Source: Takakia lepidozioides
Lineage: Eukaryota > Plantae > Bryophyta
Direction: 5' to 3'
Length of the DNA: 64,000 nucleotides
Assembly: GCA_030704615.1 (NCBI GenBank)
Contig: CM060732.1
Coordinates: 7,378,001 to 7,442,000, forward strand
A model generated the notes under the pieces. It was given only the letters and a program-made list of their open reading frames with translations. It ran no database searches and was not told the DNA's origin. Shown here piece after piece: positions 1 through 12,770 of the stretch; positions within the stretch are counted from its first letter, which is position 1; every line of letters begins with the position of its first letter. Position numbers and translations under genes: made by a program.

Positions 1-356
1 TTTTCATGCATGTCCATGTGATAAAACCCTATACTACGGAGAGGATTCGCATCTCACCAAGTGCCCAAAGTGCAAGAAAGACCGATATCGGGATGATGTC
101 CAAGGGAAAAAAATACCACACAAGGTATAAGCGTCATTCCCCCTCGCATGGAGATTATTAGAGAGTAGTACTCATGCAAGATTTGATTGTGGTTTTGGAA
201 GGAGTGAGTGAGGAGTGGAAGGAGCGACGTCTGGTTTTGACCCTTCATACCCAAATGAGGGAAATGCTGCATAAAGGGAAAGGCATAAGGGTGTTGTATT
301 ATGTGTGCTAATGGGATGATTACATGTGGGGAGCGTGGGGTATTTCATCCTAGAAA

Positions 357-3300
357 ATGCATTACTTTCCAATCATCCCGCGATTGAGGGCACAGTACCG
401 AAGCCCCAAATTGGCTAGACTCATGAGATGGCACGCCTCGCATCGGAGCCCCCCGGGAAAGGTGTGCGGGCCACAAGGTTCACAAGCATGGAGGCATATC
501 GAAGAGATGTGGCCTTGTCTCTTGGAGGACCCACGACATGTCCACCTCGGCTTCTCCTCGGATGGGGTAAACCCATTCTCTGTACAGTCATGTAGTCATT
601 CCACTTGGCCGGTGACCATGGTGAATTACAACATCCCTCCGTATTTTTCAATTAAAAAAGGCCATATCATGTTGGCTGCCATTGTGCCAGGTGAGTGTAC
701 TCATTTCATGTTTATTATTGCCTTTGACTTTACATTAAACTTCTGATCTTTGACGCAATTCGGATGCAAGATTGATGAGTGATATAATCATGGAGTAAGA
801 CGTGTAATTCATTTTGTAGTATAATCTGCATATTGGTGGAGCATTGAAACAATGATGTAAATGTCTCAAAGAGAAAAAAACAAGTGGCAAACATGGACAC
901 GTACTTGCGACCTCTTGTTGATGAACTTAAAGAGCTATGGAGGGGGGTCCCGGCATTGGATGCTTCACTTGACCCTATGGCCGGACAATCTTTTCAGATG
1001 AGAGGCATCTTGCTTTGGACAATGCATGATTATCCAGGTATATTATGTTCCCCATGAACAACCCGCGTACATTCATTTGTCAATGCCGGATGAGGATGAG
1101 GATTGGGATTGATTGAAGTAGCGGCGACAGTCTTGTGCACCGTAGTGGGGTAGATGGCATTATGGGCCATGCACATGACAACTTTTTGTTTTTGCTAACG
1201 TGGCGGGATGTGTAGTACAAGACTAACTGTTTGCTCGGGGCTAAGCACCAAAGGGTACCATGCTTGCTTGCATTGTGGCGATGATCTTGATGCACATAGC
1301 TCCCGCCATCTTCACAAGATAGTGTATCCCAACTACCGCAAATTTCTTCCTATGAGCCATCGATGGAGAAGAAGAGAGAAACACTTGTTTGATGGCAAAG
1401 AGGAAGTACGTCCCCCCCTATGACACCGTCCGGGCAGTTTTGGGAGGACCAATGGAAGGAAGCCCATGCGGGCACGGACGGTGAAGTGGACGTGCCCGGC
1501 ATGAAATGACTTTCAATCTTCTACGAGTTGCTATATTGGGCGGTACATATTCCACAAAAACACCGTCAATATCCCTAAGCATGCATGTGATATTGCACAT
1601 TTGGTATGCGTTGCATTGTCACTTTCACGTAAAAAAATTTGTGTAAGTCTTTGTGGGTGGGGATATATGTAGGACCTGAAGATTCGCCATCTTCTAGATC
1701 CCATGCATATTGAGAAGAATGTCTGCTCGTCCCTTTTTCGGGTTCTTCATGGCACGCCAGGAGATTCTCTCGGTGTTAGAAAGGAGCTTGAGGAGCAAGG
1801 TCGCATGCGCCATCTATGGGCCGAACAAAATGGTGTGGACCCAAAGGGTGTTGTACGGTGGAAGTATAGGCGCGCACCTTGACAATGGACAAAGGAAGAA
1901 TACAAGAAAGTGATAGCCACCATAAGTGTTGTCCGAACACCAACTGGTTATGGGTCATCCCTCCGTACGAAGTTCAGCGAAGAAGACGGGGTCCATGGTT
2001 TGAAGTCCCATGACTACCACAATCTATTGCAAGACATCTTGCCCATTGCAGTACGTGGGACATTGATTCCCGAGGTTCATGAGACAATCTATAGATTGGG
2101 AGGCTTGTTCCGGTGGATTTGCTCCAAAGAGTTGGAAGAAGCAGATTTTCCACGCATGAAGAAGGAGGCGGCGGAGGTAATGTGTATGTTGGAGATGCAC
2201 CTTCCTCCCTCATTCTTTGACATCCAAGTGCACTTGGTAGTGCACTTAGTGGAAGAGGCTTCGATTGCCGGCCCCGTTCATTCTTGGTGGATGTACTTCC
2301 TTGAGCGTTATATGAAGACTTTGAAAGGATTTGTAAGACAAATGGCGCACCCGGAGGGTAGCATGGCGGAGGGGTATACGTTGCAAGAAGCTATGTTCTA
2401 TTGCACGGAGTACATGGCAAGGGTGGATGAGGAATCCCCTCGGATGTGGAAGGAAGAGGAGGATGCACGAACCAAAGACATCGTTTTGCCCAAAAAATCG
2501 AAGAGGGTAAAATTGCCGACCTTGGTGATTGAGCAAGCGCATGACTTCATACTGAAGAACACCCCATCCATACACGAGTGGGAGGCAAGATACAATAATC
2601 TTGTTCAGCAACGAGAGGAGGAGACGCTTGCATGGAGGCGGAACCATCCAAGGCCGGTTACTAGACGCCCACGACGAGGAGCGGGCCGCCGGAATGTTCC
2701 TTCACAAAATTTGCCAATGGAATTGCAGCCTCTAAGTTCATTCCAACAGTGGCTTCAGACTTCAGTTTATGACGCCGTTGCTCAAGGAGAGGTGGTTTCA
2801 GATTTGGTGCAAGACATTGCAAGGGGCCCCTCTCAATTCGCGACCTCATACACGGCAGTTTGGGTTCACGGTTGTCATTTCTGCATTCGTGCTCTTGACA
2901 TGAAGCGCAAAACAACCTTTGATTCTGGCTTGTGTGCCACATATTGGTAAGACTCCGTGTGGGGCAAGGGAGATACACGACCTGCTATGAGCAAACTTGA
3001 GTACATTGGAGAGCTTGAGAGCATACTCCAACTTCAGTATACAAGGTACCGGCCTCTTCTCTTCAAGGGAAGGTGGTTCCAGTCACATCTTGTAGGGCCC
3101 TCCCCAACAATAGTGCAAGAAGATTGGGGTTTCATGCGTGTCAATGCAGATAGGCTCAACCCTACTCATCGTCCCTCCAATGAGCCTTTTTCACGGCCTT
3201 CAGACATGGAGCAAGTTTTCTTCTCCGATGACAAAACAAGAGGGGGGAATTGGAAGGTGGTTGTGCATGCTCAGCCAAGAGGAAGACGTATCTATCATGG

Positions 3301-3424
3301 TCTCGGATCTCCATGGGGTGAGGCAATTGCGGTGGACGGAGAGACTGGTCATAATGATGCTGATGATGGAGGTTGGGTAGAGGGGGTAGAAGAGGATGAT
3401 GACGCCCCGGACAATGCATCCTAG
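357..3424 (+). pseudogene. CACTA TnpD-like transposase (Transposase_21 / DUF4218 / DUF4216-type regions), spliced and disrupted
   Basis: Motifs YFPIIPRL...MRWH, LGFSSDGVNPF...HSTWPV...YNIPP, HLLDPMHIEKNV, GLKSHDYH, LEMHLPPSFFDIQVHLVVHL, WMYFLERYMKTLKGFVR...PEGSMAEGY, NEPF...QVFF. GT-AG introns present. In-frame TAA at 2948-2950. Confidence 0.9.
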
Positions 3425-3959
3425 ACCCTATATGATGAAGCTCTAGAAGATACGGATGTTGGAGAAGGAGACAAAGACACGGCCATTGACAACGAGGTGG
3501 AGGATGATTCGGAGGTGCCTTTTGAGGACCAGGCCATTTATGACGATGACTCCGATGACCAAGAAGATTTGCAGCTTGATGAGGATGAAGAGGCTCCGAA
3601 TGATGATGTTCAAGTTGATTAGACACAAAATCAAAGCTACATAACAATTCTCGCACCGAACTGGACCCATCCCTTTGATCGATTGTACATGTACATGCAT
3701 ATTGTACTTTATTTCTATGATTCATCAAATATGGCTGTGGCTGGTAGTCTTTCAAGAAAGAAGGCAAAGGCAATGAATATGTTGGAGCAACACATACAAA
3801 TGTGGTATCAAGAGAATTATCAAAATGAATGTCACAATCTACAAGAAGGTCCACAACAACAAGCTAAACCATAAAGAAAAACAAACACCCTACCCCAATA
3901 CCATATGAAAAAAAAAAAAACTAAGAACCCCCAAAGGCCCTAAACCTAAACCTAGAAAG

Positions 3960-4547
3960 CCCTGCCGTCGCCTCGTGCGACCCCCACGCGTCGCCAACTG
4001 CGACGCGTTTTCTTGGATTTATCAGGCCGGGGGTCGCAAATGGCGACCGCAATCGTCGCCAACTGCGACCTGTTTTTTTGAATGGATTTATGAGGCCGGG
4101 GGTCGCAAACGGCGACGGCCAGCCGTCGCAAACTGTGACATGTTTTTTTGTTTTGAAAGAATAGGGCAGCCGGGCAGTTTGCAACGCCCGGCCGTCGCAG
4201 GGGCCTTTTGCCCTTCATGCCACCATGCGACGGCTGGGCGTCGCAAGAAAGGGCTACGATGAAAGAAATGGCAAGAAATGGTTTTGCGACGACCGGCCGT
4301 CGCCAGAAAGGGCTGCCTTCTGCCCTTCGCTGGGGGCGACGCTTAGACGTTGCACGGAAGGGCTTCCATTTTCCCTTCATCACTCCGTGCGACGGCCAGG
4401 CGTCGCCGCCTGGCCCCGGCGCTAGCATTCACTCCCGCGGGGTTTGGCCGCGACGGCCCGGCGTCGCAAACACACTCCATGGGGTTGGTGCCGCACGGGG
4501 CGTGGGGGCGCGGCTGGCGTCGCAAAACCCCCCCATTTGCTGTAGTG
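3960..4547. repeat. CACTA subterminal repeats and terminal inverted repeat
   Basis: Many direct and inverted GCGACG/CGTCGC motifs ending in TGTAGTG. Confidence 0.85.
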
Positions 4548-4663
4548 ACACAGTGTGATTATATCGAATAAGTATCAGATTAAGACTTATCATATATCAG
4601 GCCGAAGCCATGGTGTCCCTAGCCTGCTCTACGGTATATCACTACAGCTTTGCATGTATTAAG
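4548..4663 (-). mobile_element. Fragment of the Gypsy-family LTR, between a CACTA end and a MULE end
   Basis: Reverse complement matches LTR sequence at ~36410-36519 and ~58927-59041 (GCTGTAGTGATA...TGGCTTCGGCCTGATA...AATCACACTGTGT). Confidence 0.85.
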
Positions 4664-4875
4664 GGGGGCTGCTATTTCATGAGCGGCATGAGCATGAGCG
4701 GAAAAAAAAAAAAAGCATGAGCGGGCCATTGTGTGTCCACGGAAATAGGGTTAGGAGGCACGGAAATAGGGTCATGTGGACTTGACATAGCAATGAAATG
4801 CAACAATTTATTGCAAATTTTGTGGCAAGCCACGTCTATACAAGTGTGTCCTAACTGACATAGCAGGAATGGGAA

Positions 4876-7800
4876 CTACTCTCCTACACCTTCCGAGGAA
4901 CTTGGCCCTCCTTCTTCCTCAACCCCCTCATCCCCCCTCCGAGCTCTGTGATGCATCGGTTGCACTATGCCTCTCAAAAATGCCGTCCTCTCCTTGGGGG
5001 ACTGTCCACCTCACCTCCTGGGAATCTTCTGCCTCTTCTCCCCCACTTTCCTCAGCAGAATCCAAGACAAATCTACGAGCCCGACGGGCTCTAATATCTG
5101 CTGCCTCCTCCCTCATCTTCATTTTCTTGAGGCTTGCCTCGTCTAAAATCTGCTGTACACGACTAGGTTCGGAACACCTCCTAATGGACACCAAAGCAAG
5201 CCGGGCAGCATAAGTAGGAAGGATGTAGTCCCTTTCTGGACTAGGCATGAAATCCCCCCTGGCAAAAAAAGGCACGTTCCTCCTGCCCATGAACTCCGGT
5301 GTAGACGTCCCTCCTGCAGTACTTGGCATCCTACAGTAAGAACAAATCCACTTCAAGAATGTCAATACCAGCAGAAGCAGAAAGGGTTTTCAATGAAATA
5401 AGAGAGCGAAGGGAGGTGCCTCACAAAATCTGGAGGCAACTTACAATGCGACCACTCACTCGTAAACTGGGGGCTCCTCGGCCAACTTGTTCCTCCCCCT
5501 GCTCCTTCTCGGATTTTTCCTCATCCTCCGAGGGTGCCTCTTCCTCTTTGGGCAGACATTTAGGCGCTGCAAGTTCCGAGTTGTGGAGGGCAGTATCTGG
5601 CTCGAAGGCGAACACATGCCTGTCGGACAACGTCCCTGCCCACATTGAAGCACCTAAGGAACAAAGCGGGCGGTTAATAACTTGCGGCATGCAATTGCAA
5701 TCGGGCCAGGGGACAAATTGAGCACGTGAAGGCTTACCCGTGCCACATGTGATGTCAAGAATCTGCCCTTGGACATCCGAGCACGTCTCCATGAGGGTTT
5801 GGATGAAAGCAGGGCCCTGGGTCCGGCTGTACCGCCACGGTTTGCCTGTCTTTGTGTCCTTCGGCATACTGGAGTGGGGCACATAGTTGTAGAGGACATC
5901 GTAGGTAATAGGGTCCACAACGGCATCAACAAGACGACCGTCGTTGCGGAATTTGAACGTAGACCCTCTCTTCACAAAGCAATATGCCTCAAACATCATT
6001 GTCTGCACATCCAACAAAAGAGGGATCAACTCCGGGATCTAGTTTAGATACACCACAATATGAGGTGAATGCAATAGATTGATAACTTACACTTTGGCCC
6101 TCTGTTCGCAACCCCTGTGTATTGATGCAGAACCATTTTCTGAGGAAGACCGGGGTGACACTTTTCGGTGTCCATCTTGCCACCGCATTCTCTGTGGTCT
6201 TCCCTCTTGTGGCAAGGACAACCACACATCCACCGTCATCCAGGAGCATCCCCGCCAGCCCAAACCCGGCTTTCCAGTAGTCCTCAGTAAACCTGTTCCA
6301 GTTGGGCACACCATCCAGGCCCTCCAGCAGCTCCCCATCTGGAATGTCGAGAAGAATCATATCGCAAGCTCTCTCCACCTCAACCCCCCCCCGAGTGCTC
6401 TTGCAATCCGTGCTCACAGCTGTGAAGAATTCCATCATGGCTTCAAAACCAGGGGTGTCTTTAGGCTCTGTACCGCCAGCCCTCTTCTTGGCTTTCCCCT
6501 TCTGCTCCGCCAGAGACTTGCTGTGTGCCACCTTCTTCGCCCTGGCAGCGAGAGCGTCAAGGAAGCTCTCATTGACGCATTGGATGATGGTTGGAGGTTC
6601 TAGCTTTGGCCTGTGCGTAAACATCACCGCCGAATACCGCCGTGTAGGCTCGCCCTCAAATGCCAACTTCTTGGCAGAGCCAGTCCCACTCCGAATTGAC
6701 TTGGGAACCCGGACGACCGGTGACTTGGTAGCAGCAGTAGCAGTCGCAGGACCTTGAACAAAGTCGTCGTCCGAGTCACTCCCTTGGATCCCCTCCAGCG
6801 CCTCCTCCGATGCCCCGATGGTTTTCTGTTTTTTGGGTGTTACTGTACTCACCTGTTTCCTTGTCCTTTTCCTTTGGCCTTTATTCTTCTCATTCAATTT
6901 CTCCTGAATTCCTGCCTGAGCAAGCTCTGCCGCTTTCCTAGAGTTCGCAAGCGCTTTTGCCTCTTTTGGACCCAGTGGAGGCAGCGGAGCCCGGTTTCAT
7001 CGGGCCTCAGCATCCTGCTTCAATTGAAACTCGGATGGGTCGAGCGAGCCGGGCAGAAGGTCCACATACCAAGGGCAATCACGCAAATGTTCCAGATGCC
7101 ACTCCTTCACAATAACGTCAGTGTACATGGAGTCAGCCCCAGGGTTCCTCCATGCCAGGAAGAATGGTGGCTCGAAAGACAGATGACCTTTCTCCAAAAG
7201 GGAGAACTTGCAGTACCTGCATTCATGAAAAACACAGAATGAGGTCCCTGAACTGGAAATTCGACACCATTTTCCCAGGTTGGGGCGGAACTGACTGGGC
7301 CTAGAACTGGAAAAATGGCGCCGAAATTTGGTTTTCAGTGCCAGCCACCCTAGGGACTTGGCCATTTTGGGAGCCCTGAACTAGAAATTCGGCGCCATTT
7401 TCCCAGGTCCGGGCCGAACATGCCTAAGTCCCTGAACTGACTGGCCCTTGAATTGGAAAAATGGCGCCGAATTTCGGTTTTCGGTGCGAGCCACCCTAGG
7501 GACTTAGCCATTTTGGGAGCCCTGAACTGGAAATTCGGCGCCATTTTCCCAGGTCCGGGCCGAAAATGCCTAAGTCCCTGAATTGACTGGCCCTGGAATT
7601 GGAAAAATGGCGCCGAACTTCGGTTTTCGGTGCCAGCCACCCTAGGGACTTAGCCATTTTGGGAGCCCTGAACTGGAAATTCGGCGCCATTTTCCCAGGT
7701 CCGGCCCAAAAATGGCTAAGTCCCAGAACTGACTAGGCCTTGAACTGGAAAAATGGAGCCGAATTTTGGTTTTCGGTGCCAGCCACTCTAGGGACTTAGC

Positions 7801-10409
7801 CATTTTGGGTGCCCTGGACTGGAAATTCGGCGCCATTTTTCCAAGGACCAATTTTATGCGCCACATGAGGCCTCTAACATCCTGAAATGCAAAGACTTGA
7901 AAGGAAGGCATCGCATATGTACCTGTACAAAAGGCGCATTGATGCTTTGTCCGCGTTCGGCTGGTCGGTGAACTCGTGGCTCCGGCGGGCATGGGGTATC
8001 TCCCGAAAGAATAGGTTGGTTTTGTACAGCAGAAAGTACCTCGTCACATAGTCACGTAGGCTCTCTGCTGCAGGAGAAATCTCCATCTTGAACTGATGTG
8101 CTTATGTGTCCAGCTGCTCTTGCGCATTTGTCGTCACCTGTGGAGATTTTCCATCAGATCGCTTTCCTGAAAAATACAATGAATCCACCCCCTACAAGAG
8201 TAGAAGCGCCAAACGAAGCGTGGGGAAGTATCTGAAACCACCATGTCATGCGGTTCATCCACATGTCGAATGTCGGGTCAGACAGTTTGTCCGGTTTGGG
8301 GAAGCTCCACATGTCCCTTGTACTTTGGGAACCATTCCAGATTTGGAGCCACCGGGACTATCCAACCACCCAGCATATTCGTAAGCGCCAAACACCACAA
8401 AATCGAGTTGTTGCCACCACAATTTGGTTAAGAATGTATCACCTTTTCTGTTGCATCCACACAGGATGTGGCTAGACGATGGAGCTTCTCCAATGTCATC
8501 GTGGGCTTCAGAGCGCGGGAGTAGTGCTTCCCCACCTCCACCAGAAAGTTGGCACCAAGGGCAGGATCAGCTATGGCCATGTACTTTACCATCCAAGACT
8601 TGTACTTTATGCGGGCCCTGGCCTCCACAGCTTTGAGATACGATTCGAGTGCCGGGAGGGTTAGATTCTTCTCCTCTGACTCCATGTAGAACCTCCGCGC
8701 ATGTGCCAAATCCTGCTGAATTTTCGTCTGTCAAGAATGCGCACATAAGATTAGAGATCCTACTCAACACTTTTTCTTCTATTGGGGGAGGAGAGACAGA
8801 TTAGCTCAACAAAACAGTCAGGAGCTTTACCCGAAATATGTAGTCCACCATGGCGTCTGTGCTCAGCCTATACCAGGTTCTGTCTGCCTTTGCCTCCGAC
8901 TTGCGCAGGAGGTCGGCACTGAGGGAATTGGCAAACTCTTGCACCCCCTGCTTCCCGACATCCTTCACTCGGAAGAGCATATGGGACAAGTTGGTGGCAA
9001 TGAAGGCATTCTCAGTCACCCTGCAATGCCACATTTCCATCAAACAATACTGAAATGGGAATTTTGAACAAATAGGATTCGCAATGAAATGACTTACAAA
9101 TTTTGGGTCCAAAAGCAAGAGGCGTTGTAACTTACGAGTTGATGTCCGCCATTGCAGCTTTGAGAAGACTGCGATCTTTGGGCCCCGCAACCTTCAGCAC
9201 AACACACTCCACGGCGAAATGCCAATCGAGGTCGTTGGGGTGGGCTTCGGCTATGTGCTCCATCCATGCCAGGAGGCGATGATTGCCGTCCCACACGTAA
9301 AACATCTTTCCGGACAAGTGCTGGAAAAGAGGATCAGTAGCAATCGATCTCTCGAACTCCTCATTTCGCCTTTGCCAATGGGGACCCCATTTGTCCACCT
9401 CATCGGAAGTGTGGGCACGGGAAGCTCCGTGGTCGTTCTCAATGGAAACGTAAAACGCGGCAGACCCCATTCGATATCCATCCCGGAAAGAGAATTTCAG
9501 CTTGTCGATATTGCCTGGGAGGGCAGGTCTCACCACCTGCAATGACACCAAGCGGCAAAGGGGAATTCAAAGCTTGGCCGGGTACACCATGCCCCCTAGC
9601 ACCCTGCCAATGTTGCTGTGGGTTGCCTCCAACATCTTGGCAGCGGCCAACTACATATCCGCCTCTGACATGACGTCTGCTGCAGAGGGGTTCTCTGGCA
9701 GCCCACCAGGACCGCCAAATCTAGCCTGTATGCTGCGGGTTTGGGGCCTGGGGATGTCCGGGAGGATGTCATCCTGGTCAGAAAGTTGGGTGTCGTCCTC
9801 CTCAACATGGTCAACCACCGGCGAAACCACCTCGAGCACTCTCCCCGTCTCGACTGCCCTCTCCCCGACTTCACCTCGAACTTGCACAATCCGTGCTCTT
9901 TGTGGTGTTCTTTCCTCTCCTCCACTCTCCACCGTATGGGTAATTTCGGGGGCTGCTCTTGTCCGCGATGGTGTAACTGGTGTGTTAGTGCCTCTTTGTG
10001 GTGTCTTGGAGGGATCCACCGTCTCTGTGCGTCCCTCGCTTACATGGGCATCTGTCATTTCGGCACCCCTGGCCTCTTCAGTGGCCTTTTCTCTTTCCTC
10101 CTGGCTAGCCTTGTGTCTCGCCTGTTCTTTTGCCCTCTCACGGGCTTTCTGTTTCTTACTAGGGCTAGCAGCAGGGGAGCCCTCCAGAACTACCACCTTT
10201 GATTGAGGAGAACTGACACCCTCGCGCGCACTGCTCACTCCCCCCTCCACACCCCGTGACGGCTCTCTCGCCGGGGATTGCATGTGCTTGGCTTTCTTCT
10301 TCTTCTTTGCGTGGGCGGGCCCTACTGCATGTGCATCAACAACCTCCATTGCCGGATCTGCTGTCCTCACGCCCTTCACCTGCCATGCCGCCTGCACCAA
10401 CCTCCCCAA
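4876..10409 (-). pseudogene. Multi-exon ParB/Sulfiredoxin-like + N4/N6 DNA amino-methyltransferase-like fusion, paralog A copy 1
   Basis: IPLCRLVSLQVVR...FYVWDGNHRLLAW (ParB/Srx-like, ~9130-9570). CDMILLDIPDG (~6340, motif IV position), LLDDGGCVVVL, FIQTLMETCSDVQGQILDITCGTG (~5750, motif X-I), ASMWAGTLSDRHVFAFEPD (motif II region). GT-AG introns. In-frame stops at 9651 and 9567. 5' exons uncertain (possibly up to ~11070). Confidence 0.7.
7245..7845. repeat. Intronic tandem repeat, ~146-bp unit x ~4, with GGAAATTCGGCGCCATTTTCC motifs in both orientations
   Basis: GACTT(A/G)GCCATTTT recurs at 7355, 7501, 7647 and 7793. Confidence 0.9.
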
Positions 10410-11382
10410 TGTCTATTCTGTCGTACTCTCGCTGCAGGTCCTCCCATCCACCAACAAAAGGTTTTAGTTTCCCCTCCCGCCCCAAGTTGGGCGATCCAAA
10501 CATGCGATGAGTTGGAGCTGTCACCACCATCGCAACGAGCAGCGCAACCACCATCGCAACAATCGTGGAACAACAATGAAAACAAAACAAAACCAAGTAT
10601 GGAGTGGCATGGAACAACAATGAAAACAAATCCAACCAATGCCTAAGAATGACATGCACAAACAGCCTTCTCAAGAGCTGCCGGCTTTGCACACGCATTG
10701 CAAACTATCTAAGGTTCACTCAACCGGTAACATGAAACACGATGAACAAATGAACACGAATTCCATAAGACGGGAAAACAGGGTGAAATGTTTTGAAGGC
10801 ACTTCATCTGCTCAAACAATCTTCTCAACTCAGCATGGATTTCCTTAATTTTTAACCACTCGGACCTTGATCATTCTTCTCAGCAGCTCCTGCTTTTGCG
10901 ATGCAACCATACGCTTCCAGCGATGCCAGGCTGAAGATGCGAAAACAAACCAAAAAACGAAGTAAACAACAAAGCGAAAGCGGAAGTGGCTTGCCTGGGA
11001 GTAACTCGGCTTCAGTTGGCGCGGGTTGTGAGCAAGACACTGGAATCTCCTGCTGGAGCTTAAGTTTGGCCATGCGAGAGGTTGGCCGTCGCCCGTAGTA
11101 CAAAGCTTTCAACTTCCGCCGCGGTCTGGATGTGGGGTCTCTCTCAGGAGAGCCACGCCCTTCACGCGGCATAAGTCCCAGCAAAAGAAAAAAGATCTCA
11201 GAATTTTTGCGTACATGCCTCGAATAGAACTTCATCCAAGTTTAGCATCAGGTTTCCAAGACGTATTGAGGAAGCAAGCGCGGAATCCCCGTGTCGCCAT
11301 CACGAATCAAAACCGACGGCGGAGGACATTTAATGCCCAACTACGCAATTAAATGTCGAATGAAGTATGACGCAACGAAGCC

Positions 11383-11830
11383 CTCGGCGCCGAATTCCCA
11401 TCCGCCAGGTAAGTCGGAGCGCCGAATTTCCGTCATGCACGTAATTCGAAGAGCAGATGGATAGATATCCGGCGCCGAATTTCCGTCATGCAGGTAATTC
11501 GGAGAGCAGATGGATGGAAATCCGGCGCCGAATTTCCGTCCGCCAGGTAAGTCGGAGCGCCGTTTTTCCGTCATGCAGGTAATTCGGAGAGCGGATGGAT
11601 GGAAATCCGGCGCCGAATTTCCATCCTGCAGGTAATTCGGAGTGCAGATGGATGGAACTCCGGCGCCAAATTTCCGTCATGCAGGTAATTCGAAGCGCGG
11701 CCGGATGGAAATCCGGCGCCAGATTTCCATCAAGCAGGTAACTCGGAGCGCGGCCAGATGGAAATTCGGCGCCAAATTTCCATCCGCCAGGTAAGTCGAA
11801 GCGCCAAATTACCATCCTGCAGGTAATTCT
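11383..11830. repeat. Tandem array (~53-bp units) built on the near-palindrome GGATGGAAATYCGGCGCCGAATTTCCATCC
   Basis: GTAATTCG.AG.GC.GATGGA...GGCGCC.AATTTCC repeats at about 53-bp spacing. Confidence 0.85.
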
Positions 11831-11979
11831 GAGAGTGGCCGCTTGGTTTTTTGGTCTAAAAAGACACTAAACCTTAAGTTTGGTGGCTGAAGTCCACTTT
11901 TAGACACGTTTTTCAGGGAATTCTCGACTGGTAGAGAGAAATTCCTTGCTTCTTTTCCATCCCTCTTAGTTCCTACATG

Positions 11980-12770
11980 GAAATTCGTTGCCGAAATTCC
12001 ATTTGGCCGCGATTGCGATTACATGCCGAATGGAAATTCGGCGCCGGTTTTCCATCCCCTCCGCCTGAGTCGACTTTATCCCGGCGCCCCCTGTTGGATA
12101 TTCGGTGCCGAATTTCCGTCCGGGGGTTGTAATGTGACGGCCAGGTGCCGGCCTCTCCTCCCGAGCCGACTGCATCCGAACGGCCCCGGATGTAAATTCG
12201 GCGCCGTTTTTCCATCGGGGGAGGTTTTTATGTCGGCCAGTTTTCGGCCTGACCCCCCGACACAACTTCCTTTGGGGGGGCCCGGATGGAAATTCGGCGC
12301 CGAAATTTCCATCCGGGGGATGTTCTGTGTCGGACAGGTGCCGGCCTCTCCGCCCGAGGCGACTTCATCCGGGCGGCCCCTGTTGGATATTCAGTGCCGA
12401 ATTCCCGTCCGGGGGGTTGTAATGTGACGACCATGTGCCGGCCTCTTCCCCCGAGCCGACTGCATCCGAACGGCCCCGGATGTAAATTCGGCGCAGTTTT
12501 TCCATCCGGGGAGGTTTTTATGTCGGCCACTTTTCGGCCTGACCCCCCGACACGACTTCCTTTGGGGGGGCCCGGATGGAAATTCGGCACTGAATGGAAA
12601 TCCGGGGGATGTTCTCTATCGGACAGGTGCCGACCTCTCCGCCCGAGTCGACTTCATCCGGGCGGCCCCTGTTGGATATTCGGTGCCGAATTTCCATCCG
12701 GGGGTTGTAATGTGACGGCCCGGTGCCGGCTTCTCCCCTTCAGCCGACATCATCCGGGCGGTTCCAACAA
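11980..12770. repeat. Tandem array, ~289-bp unit x ~2.5, with the same GGAAATTCGGCGCC-type core
   Basis: TGTTGGATATTC recurs at 12092, 12381 and 12670. Confidence 0.9.

Larger units (their letters stand above)
1..4547 (+). mobile_element. CACTA/EnSpm DNA transposon, 3' part (5' end outside window)
   Basis: Contains TnpD-type ORFs and GCGACG/CGTCGC subterminal repeats. Ends in ...CCCATTTGCTGTAGTG at 4547 (reverse complement CACTACAGCAAATGGG). Confidence 0.9.

Noticed and set aside
3921-4571. Overlapping Arg/Pro/Ala-rich ORFs (also 53510-54566, 11341-12786, 16608-17797)
   Set aside because: These are by-products of GC-rich repeats, with no domain motifs.
4640-4648. CACTACAGC as the start of a new CACTA element
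   Set aside because: It is part of the LTR sequence (GCTGTAGTG also occurs at 36421 and ~58943), and no subterminal repeats follow.
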